Shown here: piece after piece, positions 47,101 to 56,826 of the stretch
How positions within the stretch are numbered: position 1 is the first letter of the stretch
Layout of the letters: each line of letters opens with the position of its first letter
Source of the DNA: Nitrospirota bacterium
GTDB lineage: Bacteria; Nitrospirota; UBA9217
Direction: 5' to 3'
Assembly: GCA_963751455.1 (NCBI GenBank)
Contig: CAVVUN010000015.1
Coordinates: 544,001 to 608,000, forward strand
DNA: 64,000 bases
Position numbers and translations under genes: made by a program
The notes under the pieces: generated by a model
Databases searched by the model: none
What the model was told of the DNA's origin: nothing
The model's input: the letters and a program-made list of their open reading frames with translations, nothing else

Positions 47101-49263
47101 ATGAGCAAGATGGTCAATATCGAACTGGACGGAAAAGCAGTGTCCGTGCCGGATGGCGCAACACTCGTGGATGCCGCCGCCACAGTCGGCGTGCACATTC
47201 CCAACCTGTGTCATATCAAGGAACTGCGCGGTGTGGGCGCATGCCGCATGTGCATGGTGGAGATCGAGGGCATGAAGACGCCGGTCACCGGATGCACAAC
47301 CAGGGTGAAGGAAGGCATGAAGGTCGCAACGAAGACCCCGAAGGTGGAGGAAATCAGAAAGTTTGTGACGGACCTTGTTCTTTCCTTTCATCCGCTCGAC
47401 TGCATGACCTGCCCCAAGGCAGGCGCCTGCGACCTGCAGCGCTATGCCGCGGATCTTGGTATCCGGGAATCGTCCTTCGGACGCAAGACCTTTAATTACG
47501 AATTAAACGATAAGAGTCCCTTCATCACCATCGACAATAATTTTTGCGTTCTGTGCGGCAGGTGCGTCAGGGTATGCAAAGAACAGGGGACGAATGTTCT
47601 TGACTTTATGGGGCGCGGCATCAGCACTAAGGTCTCGACCGCTTTGGATAAGCCCTTGCATGAGTCGGGGTGCTCGTTTTGCGGCAGTTGCGTCGATGCT
47701 TGCCCGGTAAACAGCATCATGGAACACGACCGGTGGCAGCACGGCAGGGAATGGGACCTCCAGAAAAAAAATACGGTATGCACGGCCTGCGGCTCGGGCT
47801 GCAGCGTAACGACAAGCAGCAAGGACGGAAGAATCGTAAAAGTGAACGCACAAGACGACAATGGGTACATATGCGGCATCGGCCGTTTTGGTTTCGATTC
47901 AATGAATTCAAACAACCGCATTGCCTCTCCAATGAAAAAGCAGGGAGGCAAACTGGTGCCTACGACCTGGGACGACGCAGCCGCAATGGCAGCGGATGCC
48001 CTCAAGAAGGCCGGATCCGGTGCAGGTTTCATCGCAGCAGGTTCTCTCCTGAACGAAGAGGCTTATGCAGTTCAATTACTGGCCAGGGGTGTGGTCGGCA
48101 GTGCTCATATTGATACGCCTTCGTCATCATATGCATCAGGAATGATCTCCGCCTTGTGCTCGGTCTACGGCGGTAAAGGGCTGGGCATCGGGTCACAAGC
48201 GGACGTCTCAACCGCTGACTGCGTGGTTATCATCGGTGCGGACCCTTCACAGAAGAAGCAGTCCCTTCAGGAAGTAGACGTGGCGATCCGGAGGAGGGCG
48301 CAAGCGGGTGCCAAGATCATCGTGGTAAGCACCGTGAAGACAGATCTGGCGGGTCATCAGAACGCAATCCACCTCCAGCTTAAAGCGGGATCCGATCCGG
48401 TGCTGCTCGCAGGATTCATGTCTGCGGTTCTGGCGGAAGGTGTGACAGCGACAGCAAAGGGCGGTGACGCTCTTAAAAAGTCTTTGGTAAGCGTCGATGA
48501 TGCGGCTTCGGCTTCAGGGGTTTCTTCTGAACTGATCAACGCAGCTGCAAAGACGTACGCCGCCGCAAAGCACCCGGTTGTCGTTATCGGCGCGGGGATA
48601 TCCGGAAGCGAAGAATCTTCGACGCAGGCATTAAATCTGGCGCTTCTCAAAAATGCCGGTGTTCTGCCGCTTATGCTTGAGGCAAATTCCCTCGGCGTTC
48701 TGCAGATGGGATGCCGGTTCGACAAAGAACCCGGTTTTATAAAAGCCAAGAAGGCCGGCAAGAACTATAGCGATATTATGACGTCCGGACTGAAAGCCGT
48801 TTTCATAGCTGGTAATGTACCTGAAGATGCTGTGAAAGCGGATTTTGTTGTTGTGGCAGCAAGTCACATGACTGGGCTGGCGGAAAAGGCTGATGTAGTA
48901 CTTCCCTTGTCCTCCCTGTACGAACGGGACGGCAGCATAGTAAACACCTACGGAAAAACGAAGACGCTTATCGGAGCGCAGGCGGTTCAGGGATCTGCAA
49001 AGAACGGAGCAGAAATTGCGGCGGAACTTTCCGCTCTGATCAGCAAGGCCAAAGGTTTCAAGCTGAAGGAAATTGCATCGGGAGCCAAAAAAGTAAAGGC
49101 GGGAAAAATTGAAGCAGGGTGCTTCAAGCCTGTATACGCAAAGACTGTCAAGAATTCAGCCGTGTCGACCCGTGCTTTTTTATTCGCGATAAACCGCGGA
49201 CTTTTGGCCGGTTCAGCGGTAGGTCGCGTCATAGTCGTAGCAGAGCCAGCGCTTCAGCGCTGA
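47101..49263 (+). CDS. NuoG/FdhA-like Fe-S subunit with an apparently cofactor-less molybdopterin-oxidoreductase fold
   Basis: [2Fe-2S] LCH...ACRMC...GC; HPLDCMTC...C; 2x[4Fe-4S]; CTACGSGC...C. HIDTPSSSY occupies the position of the FDH Cys/Sec-His motif. Confidence 0.85.
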   Translation: MSKMVNIELDGKAVSVPDGATLVDAAATVGVHIPNLCHIKELRGVGACRMCMVEIEGMKTPVTGCTTRVKEGMKVATKTPKVEEIRKFVTDLVLSFHPLDCMTCPKAGACDLQRYAADLGIRESSFGRKTFNYELNDKSPFITIDNNFCVLCGRCVRVCKEQGTNVLDFMGRGISTKVSTALDKPLHESGCSFCGSCVDACPVNSIMEHDRWQHGREWDLQKKNTVCTACGSGCSVTTSSKDGRIVKVNAQDDNGYICGIGRFGFDSMNSNNRIASPMKKQGGKLVPTTWDDAAAMAADALKKAGSGAGFIAAGSLLNEEAYAVQLLARGVVGSAHIDTPSSSYASGMISALCSVYGGKGLGIGSQADVSTADCVVIIGADPSQKKQSLQEVDVAIRRRAQAGAKIIVVSTVKTDLAGHQNAIHLQLKAGSDPVLLAGFMSAVLAEGVTATAKGGDALKKSLVSVDDAASASGVSSELINAAAKTYAAAKHPVVVIGAGISGSEESSTQALNLALLKNAGVLPLMLEANSLGVLQMGCRFDKEPGFIKAKKAGKNYSDIMTSGLKAVFIAGNVPEDAVKADFVVVAASHMTGLAEKADVVLPLSSLYERDGSIVNTYGKTKTLIGAQAVQGSAKNGAEIAAELSALISKAKGFKLKEIASGAKKVKAGKIEAGCFKPVYAKTVKNSAVSTRAFLFAINRGLLAGSAVGRVIVVAEPALQR

Positions 49264-49683
49264 GCTTGTTAGTATATCGAACGATGGCACGCATAGGGGG
49301 GAAAGACAAAGGTATAAAGACATAGCGACAACAGAGAACGATTCGTTATAAAAAAAGTTGTGTGCTTTTCTCGGTAGGAGCGCTAGGTGTACGGTTAAAG
49401 CCCTTGTAAGAGTCGCAGCGATGTCGGTAGGGGATCTATTGAAAGAGTCGCTGCCTCACTTTCCGATCCGAGATGGCGCAATTAGTCCGCGGTTACCCCT
49501 CATAAGCTGCATATCCTCTTGCTGACTTCCCGCTCGAGCTGTTTTCATAAAGTCTACAAGTTTCGAAACTAACGCAAAGTAGCAGAAATTTTCTGTAGTT
49601 TTTTTATTTTGTTTTTTGTATAATGCCCCGGTTCAGAGTCCGACCGCACTTTTGTCTACCTTCCTGAAAGGAGCTTATAAGTT

Positions 49684-51672
49684 ATGAAAGAAGAACTGAA
49701 AACGGCTGACCCCGCTGCGCAAGTATTGCTCAAGTCAGCCGGGGAGAAAAAACTCCCTACCGCATTTGATCGCGCAGAAAAGCTTAAACCTTGTCCGATA
49801 GGCCACCAGGGTGCATGCTGCAAAATGTGCTATATGGGACCATGCAGGCTTGTGGGCAAAGATGCTGAGGAGGCGGCTTCAGGCGTCTGCGGGGCAACGT
49901 TGCCGGTTGTGGCGGCGCGGAACTTCGCACGCATGGTAGCTGCAGGGACCGCGGCCCATTCGGACCATGCCAGGGACTTGGCCAACACTCTGCTTGCCGT
50001 GGCACAGGGAGAAGCCAAGGACTTTCAAATCAAGGACGTCCGTAAGCTCAACCGGGTTGCCGGATATCTCGGTATTAATGTCGAAGGCAAATCCGTCAAC
50101 GAAATCGCCGAAAAGGTCGCGCTCAAATTTCTCGATCAATTCGGTCAACAGCGGGGCGAGCTTGTCTACCTGTCGCGTGCACCCAAGAAGCGGCAGGAAA
50201 TATGGAAGAAGCTTGGAATAGCGCCAAGAGCCATTGACCGTGAGTGCGTAGAGATGCTGCACCGCACCACGATGGGTGTAGACCAGGAGCCCCACAATAT
50301 CATGCTCGGCGCGATGCGGGCATCACTCGCTGACGGCTGGGGCGGTTCCATGATGGGAACGGACATTTCGGATATTCTTTTCGGAACGCCTGTTCCCGTC
50401 AAAACCAACGCCGGGCTCAACGTTTTTAAAGAAGACAATGTGAACGTCGTTGTTCATGGTCACGAGCCGTCATTTGCGGAAATGCTCGTTGTGGCCCAGG
50501 AAGAGCCCGATCTTGTGGCCTACGCAAAATCCAAGGGAGCCAAGGGAATCAATCTCGTGGGTATGTGCTGCACTGCGAACGAAATCCTCGTGCGGCACGG
50601 CATCCCTACGGCAGGCGGCTTCCTGCAGCAGGAACTGGGGATAGTAACCGGCTTGATTGAAGCCATGGTGGTGGATGTGCAGTGCATCATGCCTGCCATT
50701 GCGCAGCTTGCCAAGAATTATCATACCAAGATCATAACGACTACTCCGAAGGGCAAAATGATCGATGCCGTTCATATCCAGTACGAGGAGCATCACGGTC
50801 TGGACATCGCGAAGCAGGTCATTCGCCTTGCGATCGACAACTACCCGAACCGCAAGAAGGAGAAGGTGTCGCCTGCCGGGGTCAACACCGCGGATGTTAT
50901 TGCCGGCTTCTCGGACGAGTACATTGAATACATGCAGGGCGGCCGGTATCGTGGGTCCTATCGTCCTCTCAATGACGCGATTATCTCCGGACGTATCCGG
51001 GGAGTCGTCGGTCTTGCGGGTTGCAACAACCCGAGAATCACCCAGGACAGTCTGCATAAGTTCCTGGCAACCGAGTTGATCAAGAACGACGTGCTCGTGG
51101 TCCAGACTGGCTGTTCAGCGATGGCTTCAGCTAAGGCCGGCTATATGACAGCAGAATATGCTTTGGAAAACGCTGGTCCGGGACTTCGACAGGTCTGTGA
51201 AGCTATCGGCGTTCCGCCGATGCTGCATCTTGGCTCCTGCGTAGACAATTCGCGCATACTGACGATTGCGTCTAAGATCGCTGAAGAGGGCGGGCTGGGC
51301 GACGATATCGGGGGACTGCCGGCAGTGGGTATCGCTCCTGAATGGATGAGCGAGAAAGCCATCGCGATCGGCACCTACTTCGTTGCCTCCGGTGTTCCAA
51401 TCATTTTCGGCGTAGGTTCTCCGGTCGCATCCAGCAAGGTGCTGAAGGACCTTATGGAAAACAAGTGGTGGGACATGGTTGGTGCAGGATTCTATTTCGA
51501 GGAAAATCCCGAAAAAATTCTGGAACTTACACTCAAACTTATCGATACCGCGCGGGAAAAATTGAAACTCAGAAAGTACGAGCCGGGAGCATTCGGCACA
51601 GAGCGTGTACTGATGGACATGGCCGCGCGCCGCGCGAGTACCTTTGCTACACCTCATGGCGAAAATGCATAA
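49684..51672 (+). CDS. cooS: Anaerobic Ni-dependent carbon monoxide dehydrogenase catalytic subunit
   Basis: D/B clusters CPIGHQGACCKMCYMGPC...VCGA; AAHSDH; C-cluster ligands in VHGHEP, GMCC, VQCI, AGCNN, TGCS, GSCVDN; MSEKA. Confidence 0.96.
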   Translation: MKEELKTADPAAQVLLKSAGEKKLPTAFDRAEKLKPCPIGHQGACCKMCYMGPCRLVGKDAEEAASGVCGATLPVVAARNFARMVAAGTAAHSDHARDLANTLLAVAQGEAKDFQIKDVRKLNRVAGYLGINVEGKSVNEIAEKVALKFLDQFGQQRGELVYLSRAPKKRQEIWKKLGIAPRAIDRECVEMLHRTTMGVDQEPHNIMLGAMRASLADGWGGSMMGTDISDILFGTPVPVKTNAGLNVFKEDNVNVVVHGHEPSFAEMLVVAQEEPDLVAYAKSKGAKGINLVGMCCTANEILVRHGIPTAGGFLQQELGIVTGLIEAMVVDVQCIMPAIAQLAKNYHTKIITTTPKGKMIDAVHIQYEEHHGLDIAKQVIRLAIDNYPNRKKEKVSPAGVNTADVIAGFSDEYIEYMQGGRYRGSYRPLNDAIISGRIRGVVGLAGCNNPRITQDSLHKFLATELIKNDVLVVQTGCSAMASAKAGYMTAEYALENAGPGLRQVCEAIGVPPMLHLGSCVDNSRILTIASKIAEEGGLGDDIGGLPAVGIAPEWMSEKAIAIGTYFVASGVPIIFGVGSPVASSKVLKDLMENKWWDMVGAGFYFEENPEKILELTLKLIDTAREKLKLRKYEPGAFGTERVLMDMAARRASTFATPHGENA

Positions 51673-51695
51673 GATTTACTGATGGTATGTACCGA

Positions 51696-51726
51696 AGGAG
51701 AGGTCTTGCGGCCTCTCCTTTTTTTG
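51696..51726 (+). terminator. Intrinsic terminator after cooS
   Basis: aaggagagg-tcttgcgg-cctctcctt plus a T-run. Confidence 0.85.
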
Positions 51727-52093
51727 CGATATCATCTGGAATGATGTGGTCGTTCTTTAGAATTTTGACGTCGGCAGGATATCAAAAAAAATGTAAAGGG
51801 CGAAAGGCTTAATAGTATCAGCCATCTGATCGGGGCGGCTTTAGCCCTCGCGGGGCTCGCAATTCTCGTAGTATATGCAAGTTTGAAGGGCGATGCCTGG
51901 AAGATAGTGAGCTTCGCCGTTTACGGCGGGACGTTATTTGCCCTGTATTTATTATCCACGTGTATCACAGCCTCCAGGGAAAAGCTAAATATATATTTCA
52001 AAAACTCGATCACACCGCCCATTTGCTTATCCCCGGCACGTATACCCCGTTTACGCTTGTAACGCTTCGCAGTTCTTCGGGTTGGACCCTCTT

Positions 52094-53380
52094 TGTGCAA
52101 CATGCACATGGGTTACATTTTAACCTGTGGACATGGGTTACACTTTTTTTAACTTAGGTTCCACTTTTCCGAGCTTGACGTCGAGTATGCCGATAGGATG
52201 GAAACCGAAGCGAATTTCGTATTTTCCATCGGCGGTCTCGATGAGGCCGATTCTCGCTCCGGCCAGGAGCTCGGAGATGAAGTAGTAAGTTCTGTTAAAC
52301 CGGATCTCGCCGTGAAGGCGGATCTTGCGGACCTTGATGCCATGATCGTACTCAGGTTCGCGGAGTTTTTCCGGGAACCTCCTGGGTGATGGTTCGTAAA
52401 CGCTCGCGGGTGTCTTTTTATTGAGCGCCTCATGCGGGCGGTCGTAATTGTACTCGTGCCGGAACTCATCAAACCGGATTTGCTGCCGGTCCATATTGGC
52501 CTTAGGCGGCTTGGCGGTGTCCTGTTTCAGGGTCCGGTGCATCCGCTCGTGGCGCCCGTTCTGCTGGGGCTTGCCGGATTCTATCCGTTCCGGCCTAATA
52601 CCGAGTTTGATGAGCCATACCGACAATCGGCTGAGGCCCGTTACCCCGCGTCCGGCAAACGGCGTCCCGTTGTCGGTACGAATCGCTTCCGGCAGGCCGA
52701 ACTCCCGGAACGCCCACTCGAACCAGGGCTGGGTGTCCGCATGGCAAGGGGAATAAAGGCCCTTGCACGTAAGCAGGTAACGGCTCATGTTGTCGGTGAT
52801 GGTCAAGGGATAACACCATCGGCCGTCGCCTGTCTTGAACTGGCCCTTGTAGTCTGCGCTCCAGACTTTGTTCGGTGCATCGCAGGCCAGGAACGGCTCA
52901 CTGTATTTCGGCGTTTTCTTGCGCAGCCGCCGGTCCTTGACAAGGCCGTGTCGTTTAAGCCATTTCTCGGCGGTACAGACAGAGGGCCATTTAATCTGGG
53001 GCTCGTCCCGGTTTAAGAGGTCTAACAGCTTCTCGGGACCCCAGGTCATATGCAGCAGCTTTGCTTCAACCAGACGGTTGATGATTTCCTCATCGGTCTG
53101 GTTCGGGTGAACGATTGGAGCTCGGCAGAGCTCTTTCAGGCCGTCTTGGCCGAGACTGTCGTAACGCTCGGTCCACTTATAAATTGTCTTGCGGCTTACT
53201 CCGTAGATCACCGACAGATCGGTGATACTGTAGCCGTTAAGCCAGTCGGCTATTAGCTTTAAACGCTCTTCCATGGGCTCCGTCTTTCTCCAGGGCATAG
53301 GATGATCCTCCTAGCCCTGCAGTTTAACGTGTTACCCATGTCCATAGGTTAGTTTGTTACCTATGTTAGCAGGTTGTACC
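52094..53380 (-). mobile_element. IS481-family insertion sequence
   Basis: Ends TGTGCAAC / GTTGTACC; subterminal repeats catgggttaca x2 on the left and tgttacc(c/t)atg x2 on the right; CTT on both flanks. Confidence 0.85.
52138..53298 (-). CDS. IS481-family DDE transposase
   Basis: N-terminal HTH (VSRKTIYKW), WSADYKG, IRTDNGTPF, QQNGRHERMHRTLK, YNYDRPHEAL. Confidence 0.95.
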   Translation of the reverse strand: MPWRKTEPMEERLKLIADWLNGYSITDLSVIYGVSRKTIYKWTERYDSLGQDGLKELCRAPIVHPNQTDEEIINRLVEAKLLHMTWGPEKLLDLLNRDEPQIKWPSVCTAEKWLKRHGLVKDRRLRKKTPKYSEPFLACDAPNKVWSADYKGQFKTGDGRWCYPLTITDNMSRYLLTCKGLYSPCHADTQPWFEWAFREFGLPEAIRTDNGTPFAGRGVTGLSRLSVWLIKLGIRPERIESGKPQQNGRHERMHRTLKQDTAKPPKANMDRQQIRFDEFRHEYNYDRPHEALNKKTPASVYEPSPRRFPEKLREPEYDHGIKVRKIRLHGEIRFNRTYYFISELLAGARIGLIETADGKYEIRFGFHPIGILDVKLGKVEPKLKKV

Positions 53381-53834
53381 CTTCGGAATCGTATGGGGGC
53401 CGGCAATCATAGGTATACTGCAGGAAATTCTTTTGAGGAAGCGCAACCAGCTGGTTTCGGTTTCTCTCTACGTCGTCATGGGCTGGCTCGCCTTGGCCGC
53501 TATTCGTCCGATCGCAAAGGCCCTTCCCGTTCCGGGACTGATCATGCTGATCGGCGGCGGACTTTTCTATACGGTCGGAGTCATATTTTATGCACTCGAT
53601 AATAAACTGAAGTTCTGCCACGTCAGTTTTCCATTTCTTTGTTCTCGGCGGCAGTGTCTGCCATTACTTCTCGATATTACTGTACCTAACACACAGGCCA
53701 TCCCTGAATTTCCATTTAAAAACCAATTAAAATAGTTTACATTCAAATAATTTCTTGACATTTAGTACTTTTTCAGTATGCTACTAACTATACTTACTAT
53801 AACTATTATCACTATTTAATCAAGTGAGGATACC

Positions 53835-54035
53835 ATGGTCATGCGCAAAAATCCGAAAAGGTATAAAACCAAAGACATATGCGATAGGTTTGACATCTCT
53901 CGGGCGACACTTTTCCGATGGGAAAGCGAAGGGTTGCTCATGGGAGTAGGGCGCGATTGGCGTGGTTGGCGTATTTATGACGAGAGCAATCTCAAGGCGA
54001 TTGAAAACATTATCAAGAACAAGAACATCGTATAG
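53835..54035 (+). CDS. Stand-alone MerR-type winged HTH protein
   Basis: TKDICDRFDISRATLFRWESEGLL...RDWRGWRIY, 66 aa; GAGG RBS. Confidence 0.85.
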   Translation: MVMRKNPKRYKTKDICDRFDISRATLFRWESEGLLMGVGRDWRGWRIYDESNLKAIENIIKNKNIV

Positions 54036-54061
54036 TGGATTGACTCTTTATTGGAGCGAGA

Positions 54062-55114
54062 ATGTTTTTTTCAAAAAATAGTGATCCAATAGCGCTGGAT
54101 ATAGGCTCCACCTTTATCAAACTGGTGCAATTGAAAGGCGCCAAGGGGCATTATCAGTTGGTCAAGTTCGGGATGGTGCCGCTGCCTCCGGAAGTAATCG
54201 TTGAAGGGGCGGTCATGGATGCAGGGCGGGTCGTGGATGCCATTAAGGAACTATTGACGGACCAGCAGATCAAAACAAAAGAGGCGGTGATCTCGGTTTC
54301 CGGCAGCTCGGTTATTATCAAGCGCATATCGGTGGCCGATATGTCCGAGGAAGAGCTTGGAGAGTCGATCAAGTGGGAAGCGGAGCAATATATACCGTTT
54401 TCCATCGATGATGTGAATGTAGATTTTCAGAAGCTGGGTCCGGGCGCACAAGAGGGGCAAGCCGACGTTCTGTTGGTCGCTGTCAAGAAAGATAAAATAA
54501 ACGACTATATAAATCTCGTGAAGGAAGCCGGGCTTGAACCGACAGTCCTCGATGTGGACGCCTTCGCGCTTGCCAATATGTATGAATTGAACTATGACTT
54601 AGAGGCAGGAATTACGGCGCTCCTGAACATTGGCGCATCGGTGATGAATATCAACATCCTGAAGGACGGCATGTCCATTTTTACGCGCGATATTACGGTA
54701 GGCGGGAACCGCTATACCGAGGCGCTCCAGCGCGAATTCGGCCTGAGCTATGAGGACGCTGAAAAGGTGAAGCGCGGAGAGGTTGAGGGGCTCGGGGACA
54801 AGGAACAGATCGCGGGTATCATGGCTTCCGTCACTGAAGATATCGTCGCTGAAACGCAACGATCCTTCGATTTTTTCCGGTCCACGACCGGAAGTGAGAA
54901 GGTTACACGCGTACTTGTATCCGGCGGCTGCGCGAGAATCGGAAATTTTACGGCGGTACTGTCAGAGCGGATCGAAATTCCGGTCGAAATCACGAATCCA
55001 TTCAAAAATATCAAGGTTGATCCGAAGCGCTTTAACCCGGTTTCACTGCAGGAAGCAGGGCCGCAATCTGCGGTTGCCGTTGGTCTTGCTATCAGGAGGC
55101 CCGGAGACCGATGA
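54062..55114 (+). CDS. pilM: Type IV pilus assembly protein PilM
   Basis: Actin-like fold motifs LDIGS, WEAEQYIPF, LNIGAS, VSGG. Confidence 0.95.
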   Translation: MFFSKNSDPIALDIGSTFIKLVQLKGAKGHYQLVKFGMVPLPPEVIVEGAVMDAGRVVDAIKELLTDQQIKTKEAVISVSGSSVIIKRISVADMSEEELGESIKWEAEQYIPFSIDDVNVDFQKLGPGAQEGQADVLLVAVKKDKINDYINLVKEAGLEPTVLDVDAFALANMYELNYDLEAGITALLNIGASVMNINILKDGMSIFTRDITVGGNRYTEALQREFGLSYEDAEKVKRGEVEGLGDKEQIAGIMASVTEDIVAETQRSFDFFRSTTGSEKVTRVLVSGGCARIGNFTAVLSERIEIPVEITNPFKNIKVDPKRFNPVSLQEAGPQSAVAVGLAIRRPGDR

Positions 55115-55659
55115 TCAAGATAAATCTCCTTCCCACAAAGAAAAAGCCTCCAAAGAAAGTGACCGAGCTTCAACAGCAGCTGATTCTCGGCACTCTCATA
55201 TTGGCCTTGACCGGGATAGGAATGTGGTTCTATTGGAACAGCCTGAATTCAAAAATTAATGCACTCAACCGCGATAAAGCTGCGGCCGAGGAACGAATCC
55301 AACAGCAGGACAATCTGCTGAAAGAAGTTAACAGCGTTGAAGAAGAACGTAAAAAAGTAGCGGATAAAATCGCAATCATTGAACAACTCAAAACCGACCA
55401 GGGATTACTCGTTCATCTCCTCGACGAACTGAGCAAATCATTGCCGAAGGGCGTTAGCCTGGCATCATTGTCGGAGACCGGCGGACTAATCGAGGTGGAA
55501 GGAAGCGGATTTACGAATCATGACATTGTCCGGTTCGTGGATAATCTTAAAGCCTGTCCCTATTGTTTGGATGTGTTTTTGCTCGAAACGTCACAGGTAA
55601 CCGAGGGCGGTATCGATATATATAAATATAAATTGAAGTTTACGTTCAAGGGGGTCTGA
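55111..55659 (+). CDS. pilN: Type IV pilus assembly protein PilN
   Basis: N-terminal INLLP, TM helix, coiled coil. Confidence 0.92.
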   Translation: MIKINLLPTKKKPPKKVTELQQQLILGTLILALTGIGMWFYWNSLNSKINALNRDKAAAEERIQQQDNLLKEVNSVEEERKKVADKIAIIEQLKTDQGLLVHLLDELSKSLPKGVSLASLSETGGLIEVEGSGFTNHDIVRFVDNLKACPYCLDVFLLETSQVTEGGIDIYKYKLKFTFKGV

Positions 55660-56297
55660 TGGCTTCCTTTGTCAATAATTTTTTCAGCACTATTGCTCCA
55701 AAAATACAAAAGATCCCGACCAAAACGCGTCTCTACGGCTTTCTCGGCTTTGTCGCTGTATTGATCATTCTCTTTGTATGGCAATTTCATATCCCCATGA
55801 GCAATCAAATACTTCAATTGAGGAATGATATTTCAGGCTTACAGGCCACCATCAACACGAACGATGAAAAGATTAAAAAGCTGGATGAGTTGAGAGCCGA
55901 AGTAAAAACACTCGAGGCGCGGCTCCAGATACTTACCGAGCAGCTCCCCCCCGGTTCGGAAGTTTCCGGCCTTCTCAGACAGATACAAAATCTCGTGAGC
56001 CAGTCAGGCCTCACACTAAAACATTGGAAGCCGTCAGATCGCAAGACGCATTCCAGCGGGCTGTACGAAGAGATTCCGATAACGATCGATCTGACCGGAG
56101 GGTATCACGATGCCGGACTGTTCTTCGACCGGGTCAGCAAGCTGACCCGTATCGTCAACATGCGGAATCTGAAAATGAGCGGGGCGACAATGAACAAAGC
56201 AGGCGGCATGGATATCAAGATGAACTGTACGGCGATAACCTTTGCGGCAGTGGAGAAAAAAGCTGATGCGGCGCCAGTTGCTAAAAAAACGGAATAG
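55659..56297 (+). CDS. pilO: Type IV pilus assembly protein PilO
   Basis: TM helix plus coiled coil, QLPPGSE, YEEIPI...GGYH...RIVN. Confidence 0.92.
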   Translation: MASFVNNFFSTIAPKIQKIPTKTRLYGFLGFVAVLIILFVWQFHIPMSNQILQLRNDISGLQATINTNDEKIKKLDELRAEVKTLEARLQILTEQLPPGSEVSGLLRQIQNLVSQSGLTLKHWKPSDRKTHSSGLYEEIPITIDLTGGYHDAGLFFDRVSKLTRIVNMRNLKMSGATMNKAGGMDIKMNCTAITFAAVEKKADAAPVAKKTE

Positions 56298-56826
56298 AAA
56301 GCCCATTTTTATATTCTTCATTCTGGTTCTCGTCTGCGGCGTTCTCCAGGCGTGTTCCGACTCTGCCAATACACCTCCTGCTTCGTCTGAGCCGGAGGCC
56401 GTACAAAAGACGCCGGTTGCCTCGAGTCCCACAGCAACCGTAGTTCAAAAAATTGAGGAGCCTGCGCTACCCGTCTACTCGTATAACCCGTCGGGCAGGA
56501 CAGACCCGTTTGCGCCGCTGATCCAGACAGATACCAAGAAAGCGAAAACCGGCGATCGCCCTCCGCTCGAGCGGCACAATATAACCGAATTTAAATTGGC
56601 GGGAATAGTATGGGGAGGATTCGGCTACAACGCAATGCTCGAAGGCCCGGATGGAAAAGGCTATTTCGTCCGTGTCGGCACCCTTTTGGGCCCGAATGGC
56701 GGGGTCATAAAAAAAATTACCCAGAATACAATGATCATAGAGGAAAAATTCAAAACATATACCGGTGACACTGAACGCAAGGAGATTGTCGTAGAGCTCC
56801 GAAAAAAACAGGAGGCGACACCATGA
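56266..56826 (+). CDS. pilP: Type IV pilus assembly lipoprotein PilP
   Basis: Lipobox LQAC, GRTDPF, PLERH...LAGIVW...GTLLGPNGG. Confidence 0.9.
   Translation: MRRQLLKKRNRKPIFIFFILVLVCGVLQACSDSANTPPASSEPEAVQKTPVASSPTATVVQKIEEPALPVYSYNPSGRTDPFAPLIQTDTKKAKTGDRPPLERHNITEFKLAGIVWGGFGYNAMLEGPDGKGYFVRVGTLLGPNGGVIKKITQNTMIIEEKFKTYTGDTERKEIVVELRKKQEATP

Larger units (their letters stand above)
51791..53690 (+). pseudogene. Hemolysin III / TrhA (PAQR) family membrane protein, IS-interrupted and multiply frameshifted
   Basis: GERLNSISHLIG, STxYHS, KLDH, GTYTP before the IS; FGIVWG...YVVMGW...GGLFYTVG...HFFVLGGSVCHY after it. Frameshifts near 51795, 51960 and 53625. Confidence 0.85.

Noticed and set aside
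44112-49263. Respiratory complex I, [FeFe]-hydrogenase or formate dehydrogenase
   Set aside because: No membrane nuo genes, no H-cluster motifs, and no catalytic Cys/Sec-His motif or in-frame TGA.
49365-49480. Cobalamin, Moco, THF or NiCo riboswitch
   Set aside because: Only fragmentary resemblance; the conserved cores could not be assembled, so it is kept only as an unassigned candidate.
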